Positions 60,846-64,000 of a stretch of DNA of 64,000 nucleotides are shown here, in pieces. Made by a program: the position numbers and the translations under genes. Position 1 is the stretch's first letter. Each line of letters begins with the position of its first letter. This DNA comes from Candidatus Sacchlamyda saccharinae (GTDB lineage Bacteria; Chlamydiota; Chlamydiia; Chlamydiales; Rhabdochlamydiaceae), in the NCBI GenBank assembly GCA_030408505.1, contig JAUHQI010000002.1:34674-98673 (forward strand), written 5' to 3'. The notes beneath the pieces are model-generated. The model was not told the origin of the DNA. It did not search any database and saw only the letters and a program-made list of their open reading frames with translations.

Positions 60846-60918
60846 GCTGGTGTAGCTCAATTGGTAGAGCACCCGACTTGTAATCGGACGGTTGAGGGTT
60901 CAATTCCTTTCGCCAGCA
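60846..60918 (+). tRNA. tRNA-Thr (anticodon UGU)
   Basis: GCTGGTGTAGCTCAATTGGTAGAGCACCCGACTTGTAATCGGACGGTTGAGGGTTCAATTCCTTTCGCCAGCA folds as a cloverleaf with anticodon loop CTTGTAA. Confidence 0.9.
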
Positions 60919-60925
60919 TTCTTCT

Positions 60926-61086
60926 AAACTCAACTTGCCCCTTATCTTTTTCAAGGGCGTAAGCGAGCTGAAGAGATACAAGTTTTGCGAGGAAGGGAAG
61001 GTGTAAAAACACCTTTCCAACGAGGAAACCGCCGTAGATCTTTCGCGCAGATAGCCCATGGAAAAGAGAGGGGGCAAGTTGAGTTT
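60926..61086 (+). other. Long-range stem (16 bp perfect, extendable to ~26 bp) enclosing ~110 nt in the tRNA-Thr/tRNA-Tyr spacer
   Basis: AAACTCAACTTGCCCC (60926-60941) is the exact reverse complement of GGGGCAAGTTGAGTTT (61071-61086). Pairing continues inward (TTATCTTTTT / GAAAAGAGAG) with one mismatch and U.G pairs. There is an internal hairpin GGAAGGTGT-AAAA-ACACCTTTCC. Confidence 0.6.
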
Positions 61087-61089
61087 TTA

Positions 61090-61171
61090 GGGGGTGTCGC
61101 ATAGCGGCAATTGCAAGGGACTGTAAATCCCTCGACTTCGGTCTCCGTTGGTTCGAGTCCAACCGCCCCCA
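61090..61171 (+). tRNA. tRNA-Tyr (anticodon GUA, long variable arm)
   Basis: GGGGGTGTCGCATAGCGGCAATTGCAAGGGACTGTAAATCCCTCGACTTCGGTCTCCGTTGGTTCGAGTCCAACCGCCCCCA. Anticodon loop CTGTAAA and a 14-nt variable arm hairpin. Confidence 0.9.
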
Positions 61172-61177
61172 ATAAAA

Positions 61178-61201
61178 GTCCCGCAAAAGCGGGCTTTTTT
61201 A
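61178..61201 (+). terminator. Rho-independent terminator after tRNA-Tyr
   Basis: cccgc-aaaa-gcggg stem-loop followed by cTTTTTT. Confidence 0.7.
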
Positions 61202-61300
61202 TTGATTTTGGACTCGGATCCCGAGGCCACCCCCTGCTTCACAGGCTATTAGATACTGTTTCTCGGAGGCAGATGCGAACATAAAAAATAAGATCTTCTC

Positions 61301-61792
61301 ATGAAACCAAATAATATAAATGAGGCCGTGCAATCTATTGTTGGTCTTCCTTTAGGAACATATTTTCGGGCCGCCGACATGCGCATGTTTGGCTTTGGAA
61401 AAATTCGTCCTTTTAAGAAAGGACAAGTTTGTGATTACTCTCTGCATATATTATGCTCCTGGAGATTAGTCGGGCCTGAAGGGATTATTACAGGCCATCG
61501 AGATCTTTGGGAGCCCGTTAAAGAAGATGATTCGGATGAAGAATGGAACTATGAAAATGGGAATCTACAAGACAAGAAGTTGGAAGAGCTATTTTCCTCC
61601 GCTACATTCATCGTGCAAAGCGCTACAATCAAGAATTGTGGGGATCTAGAGGTGGTGTTTTCAGGAGAATATAAACTCCAGACTTTTCTCGATTTCTCGA
61701 GAGACGATGCTTGGCTAATCTTCCAACCAGGAAATTTAGACTCTTTTTTTCACATGGACCAAGAATTATCCAAAACTGAAGGGTGGCACTAG
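61301..61792 (+). CDS. Hypothetical protein
   Basis: 163-aa ORF whose stop overlaps the start of the phosphoesterase gene. No motif recognised. Confidence 0.45.
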   Translation: MKPNNINEAVQSIVGLPLGTYFRAADMRMFGFGKIRPFKKGQVCDYSLHILCSWRLVGPEGIITGHRDLWEPVKEDDSDEEWNYENGNLQDKKLEELFSSATFIVQSATIKNCGDLEVVFSGEYKLQTFLDFSRDDAWLIFQPGNLDSFFHMDQELSKTEGWH

Positions 61793-62586
61793 TGAAAACC
61801 CTCGTAATTGCTGACCTACATAATAAGGTTCATTGGGTCGAGGAATGTATTGAAGCCGAAAAGCCTGATTTGGTGGTATTTCTAGGGGACTATTTCGATA
61901 GTTTTGACGAAACACTTGAAAGTACGATCCAGACTGCAGAGTGGTTGAAGCAATCCCTTGATAAGCCAAAACGGGTCCACCTCATGGGCAATCATGACAT
62001 GCCCTACCGGTATCCCTCAAATAGCCACCTTTATTGCCCTGGATTTACTCATGAGAAAAGCCATCTGATTAATGATCTCTTAGATCATCAATCCTCGTGG
62101 GAAAAGCTCAAATCATTCCATTTTATCGATGGGTGGCTGCTCAGTCACGCAGGAATCCATCAAAAGCTTTTGCATCCGATCCTAGGTTTTGATTTAGAGC
62201 AACTGCGTCGGGATGAAGAAGAGGCCTTTCTAAGATGCGCGTCCGGGATAGGAACCCCCATGTTTGGTTGTGGAAGAAGCCGAGGAGGAAGTTACCTTTG
62301 CGGAGGAATCACTTGGCAAGACTTCGACATTGACTTTGTTCCGATGCAGGAGGTCAATCAAATAGTGGGTCATACCCCACATCCTCAAGTTTGCGTTAAA
62401 CTTCTGATAGACGAAGAATTCGTTAAGTGCACTTGGGATGAATTCCTATCCCTGGATCAATACAGAGGAGCGAAAAGCGTAAATTTCGGCCTAGACACCC
62501 ATCGAAAGTACTACGCAGTCATAGAGGATGGCGTAGTCCGGGCCATAAAAAATCAATTCGTCAATAAATTAGACCTTTCTCAATAA
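61783..62586 (+). CDS. Calcineurin-like metallophosphoesterase
   Basis: Motifs IADLH, FLGDYFD and MGNHD, plus later His residues (SHAG, GHTP). The start is either GTG 61783 or GTG 61792. Confidence 0.8.
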   Translation: MALVKTLVIADLHNKVHWVEECIEAEKPDLVVFLGDYFDSFDETLESTIQTAEWLKQSLDKPKRVHLMGNHDMPYRYPSNSHLYCPGFTHEKSHLINDLLDHQSSWEKLKSFHFIDGWLLSHAGIHQKLLHPILGFDLEQLRRDEEEAFLRCASGIGTPMFGCGRSRGGSYLCGGITWQDFDIDFVPMQEVNQIVGHTPHPQVCVKLLIDEEFVKCTWDEFLSLDQYRGAKSVNFGLDTHRKYYAVIEDGVVRAIKNQFVNKLDLSQ

Positions 62587-63033
62587 TGGTGTATGGAATG
62601 AACCCAAATAAAGGTATTCGTTTATTCTTGGATGACGACATTGATTCCCCTATAAGAAAAGAACTTTTCCAAGGGTACGACGTTTGGGTACCAAATGCAC
62701 CAGCGGCAATAAAACTTCTCGAACAAGGGAACGTTGTTCAGGCATCTTTAAGATCACGATCTTGGGCCTGAAGAGGCAGGAACTGGCTATGATGTTGCTA
62801 TACCCAAACCAATTCAAAACTTGGGTTTTAGCAAGGAAGCTCCTCAAGTTTTTTAGGAACGAAGAGCTCCCGTGTTCATGGACACGGCGCGATGAGTTGA
62901 TAGGAAATTTGAGAAAAAGCTGACAAAGTGGCGCATTCATTCTGCAAACCCTGTTGGCGGGAAGCATATGATTGCAGCATTATCTAATGCAGATAGAAAC
63001 TGGGATCTTCATGAAAAGAAAAAGGGACTCTGA
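62586..63033 (+). pseudogene. Frameshifted cyclic-phosphate-processing receiver (cREC)-domain gene
   Basis: Frame a reads MVYGMNPNKGIRLFLDDDIDSP...KLLEQGNVVQASL. After an extra A at ~62749 the conserved continuation DHDLGPEEAGTGYDVA lies in another frame. The C-terminal block IHSANPVGGKHMIAAL lies in a third frame and ends at 63033. Confidence 0.65.
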
Positions 63034-63037
63034 TGAA

Positions 63038-64000
63038 TCAATGAAACTTTTTCTTCCATTTTCCCTTAATAAAAAGTTTCGGAAAAATGAATTTTCTTAT
63101 TTCTTCGAGCACAAAGAGGCCAAGCCCTGGCAATATACAGAGCCCCCAGTCATAAAGTGTTAGTCCCCTTGTGTGAAAGGTCACATTCAAAGAAGGAACG
63201 TAGAGAATAAGCATAAGAAGAATGATTGCAATTCCTAGCGCGATGAGTAGTTTTTTATTTGTGAAAAATCCAAGTTTGAGAAGAGGTTTTTCGTCCGATC
63301 GGATCTGAAAAACCATCAACCACTCAAATAAGATCACAGTCGTAAACACAGCAGAGCGCGCCCTAAAAAGGGTCTCACTGGGATTTTCAACGAGGAAAAC
63401 ACCAAAGGCTCCAAGCCCTAGGCAAAAGGCAAAGGCAGCTACTCGGAAAATGAGTCCTGGATAGATGAGTCCCACAGCTGGATCGAGAGGAGGATATGTG
63501 AGTTCGTCTCCCACTTTTGGCTCAGTGCCAAGGGGAACCGCCAGCAGTGTTCCGGTGATGAGATTGATCCATAAAATCTGTAGGGGTTCTAATGGAGCCA
63601 CCCCTACAGTGAAAAAAGCAAGCAGTATGACAAGAACTTCACCGAAACATGTTGCTAAAAGGAAGGTAGCTGCATGGCGGAGGCGGGCAAAGAGAACACG
63701 CCCCTCTTCAACCGCGTCCACAATCGTTGCGAAGCGATCATCAAGCAAAATCATTTCTGAAGCCTCTTTTGCAACATCTGTCCCCTGCTGTCCCATTGCT
63801 ACTCCGATATCGGCAGCTGCTAAAGCAGGCGAATCGTTGACTCCATCCCCTGTCATAGCCACTATTTGATTGAGACTTTTATAGGCTCTGACGAGTTTGA
63901 GTTTTTGTAATGGCTCAACTCGAGCAAAAATAGTTGTTTCCATCACTTTTTTATTGAGCTCCTCATCTGACATATTATTGAGCTCTTGCCCCGTGATGAT
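63038..64000 (-). CDS. P-type cation-transporting ATPase, C-terminal part (5'-partial at window edge)
   Basis: Hinge motif VAMTGDGVNDSPALAAADIGVAMG followed by C-terminal TM helices. The frame is open to the window end. Confidence 0.9.
   Translation of the reverse strand: MITGQELNNMSDEELNKKVMETTIFARVEPLQKLKLVRAYKSLNQIVAMTGDGVNDSPALAAADIGVAMGQQGTDVAKEASEMILLDDRFATIVDAVEEGRVLFARLRHAATFLLATCFGEVLVILLAFFTVGVAPLEPLQILWINLITGTLLAVPLGTEPKVGDELTYPPLDPAVGLIYPGLIFRVAAFAFCLGLGAFGVFLVENPSETLFRARSAVFTTVILFEWLMVFQIRSDEKPLLKLGFFTNKKLLIALGIAIILLMLILYVPSLNVTFHTRGLTLYDWGLCILPGLGLFVLEEIRKFIFPKLFIKGKWKKKFH

Noticed and set aside
60565-61186. Minus-strand ORFs of 170, 109 and 73 aa spanning the tRNA-Thr/tRNA-Tyr region.
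   Set aside because: They run through two well-folded tRNA genes and the structured spacer, so they are artefactual.

Overview
This 64-kb window looks like a chromosomal segment from a member of the Chlamydiae. The long-N-terminus FtsH, SET-domain protein, cysteine-rich MOMP-like porin paralogues, Inc-like membrane protein, and stand-alone tRNA-Ala/tRNA-Ile all fit an environmental Waddlia/Simkania/Parachlamydia-like lineage. This organism call is my inference from gene content, not a database hit.

Most of the window is tightly packed core metabolism and information processing:
- RNA, translation and DNA: pnp (5' partial), ftsH, tilS, rplM-rpsI, miaB, mtaB, ligA, radC, hflX, archaeal-type aspS, photolyase.
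- Envelope: lptF/lptG plus a PAP2 phosphatase, an amidase, and two porin paralogues.
- Metabolism and transport: glgB, citrate synthase, malate dehydrogenase, adk, and a 5'-partial P-type ATPase.
- Four tRNAs: Ile-GAU, Ala-UGC, Thr-UGU, Tyr-GUA.

I saw no rRNA, CRISPR array, transposase or integrase.

Items that the ordinary gene list does not explain:
1. Two copies of an unclassified, highly structured intergenic element (394 nt at 35.2-35.6 kb and a 133-nt mini version at 17.5 kb). They share 5' and 3' modules and show compensatory stem changes. Both sit between convergent genes.
2. A 60-aa bacterial histone-fold gene.
3. An archaeal-type AspRS fused to a YbaK-like deacylase domain.
4. A duplicated ftsH 3' end bracketing an Inc-like gene.
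5. A wHTH + AbiEii-like nucleotidyltransferase pair with an elaborate repeat/palindrome operator region.
6. A 26-bp long-range stem enclosing about 110 nt between tRNA-Thr and tRNA-Tyr.
7. A tRNA-adjacent islet carrying a metallophosphoesterase and a frameshifted cyclic-phosphate-processing receiver-domain pseudogene.

All functional calls come from motifs recognised by eye in the supplied translations. No searches were run.
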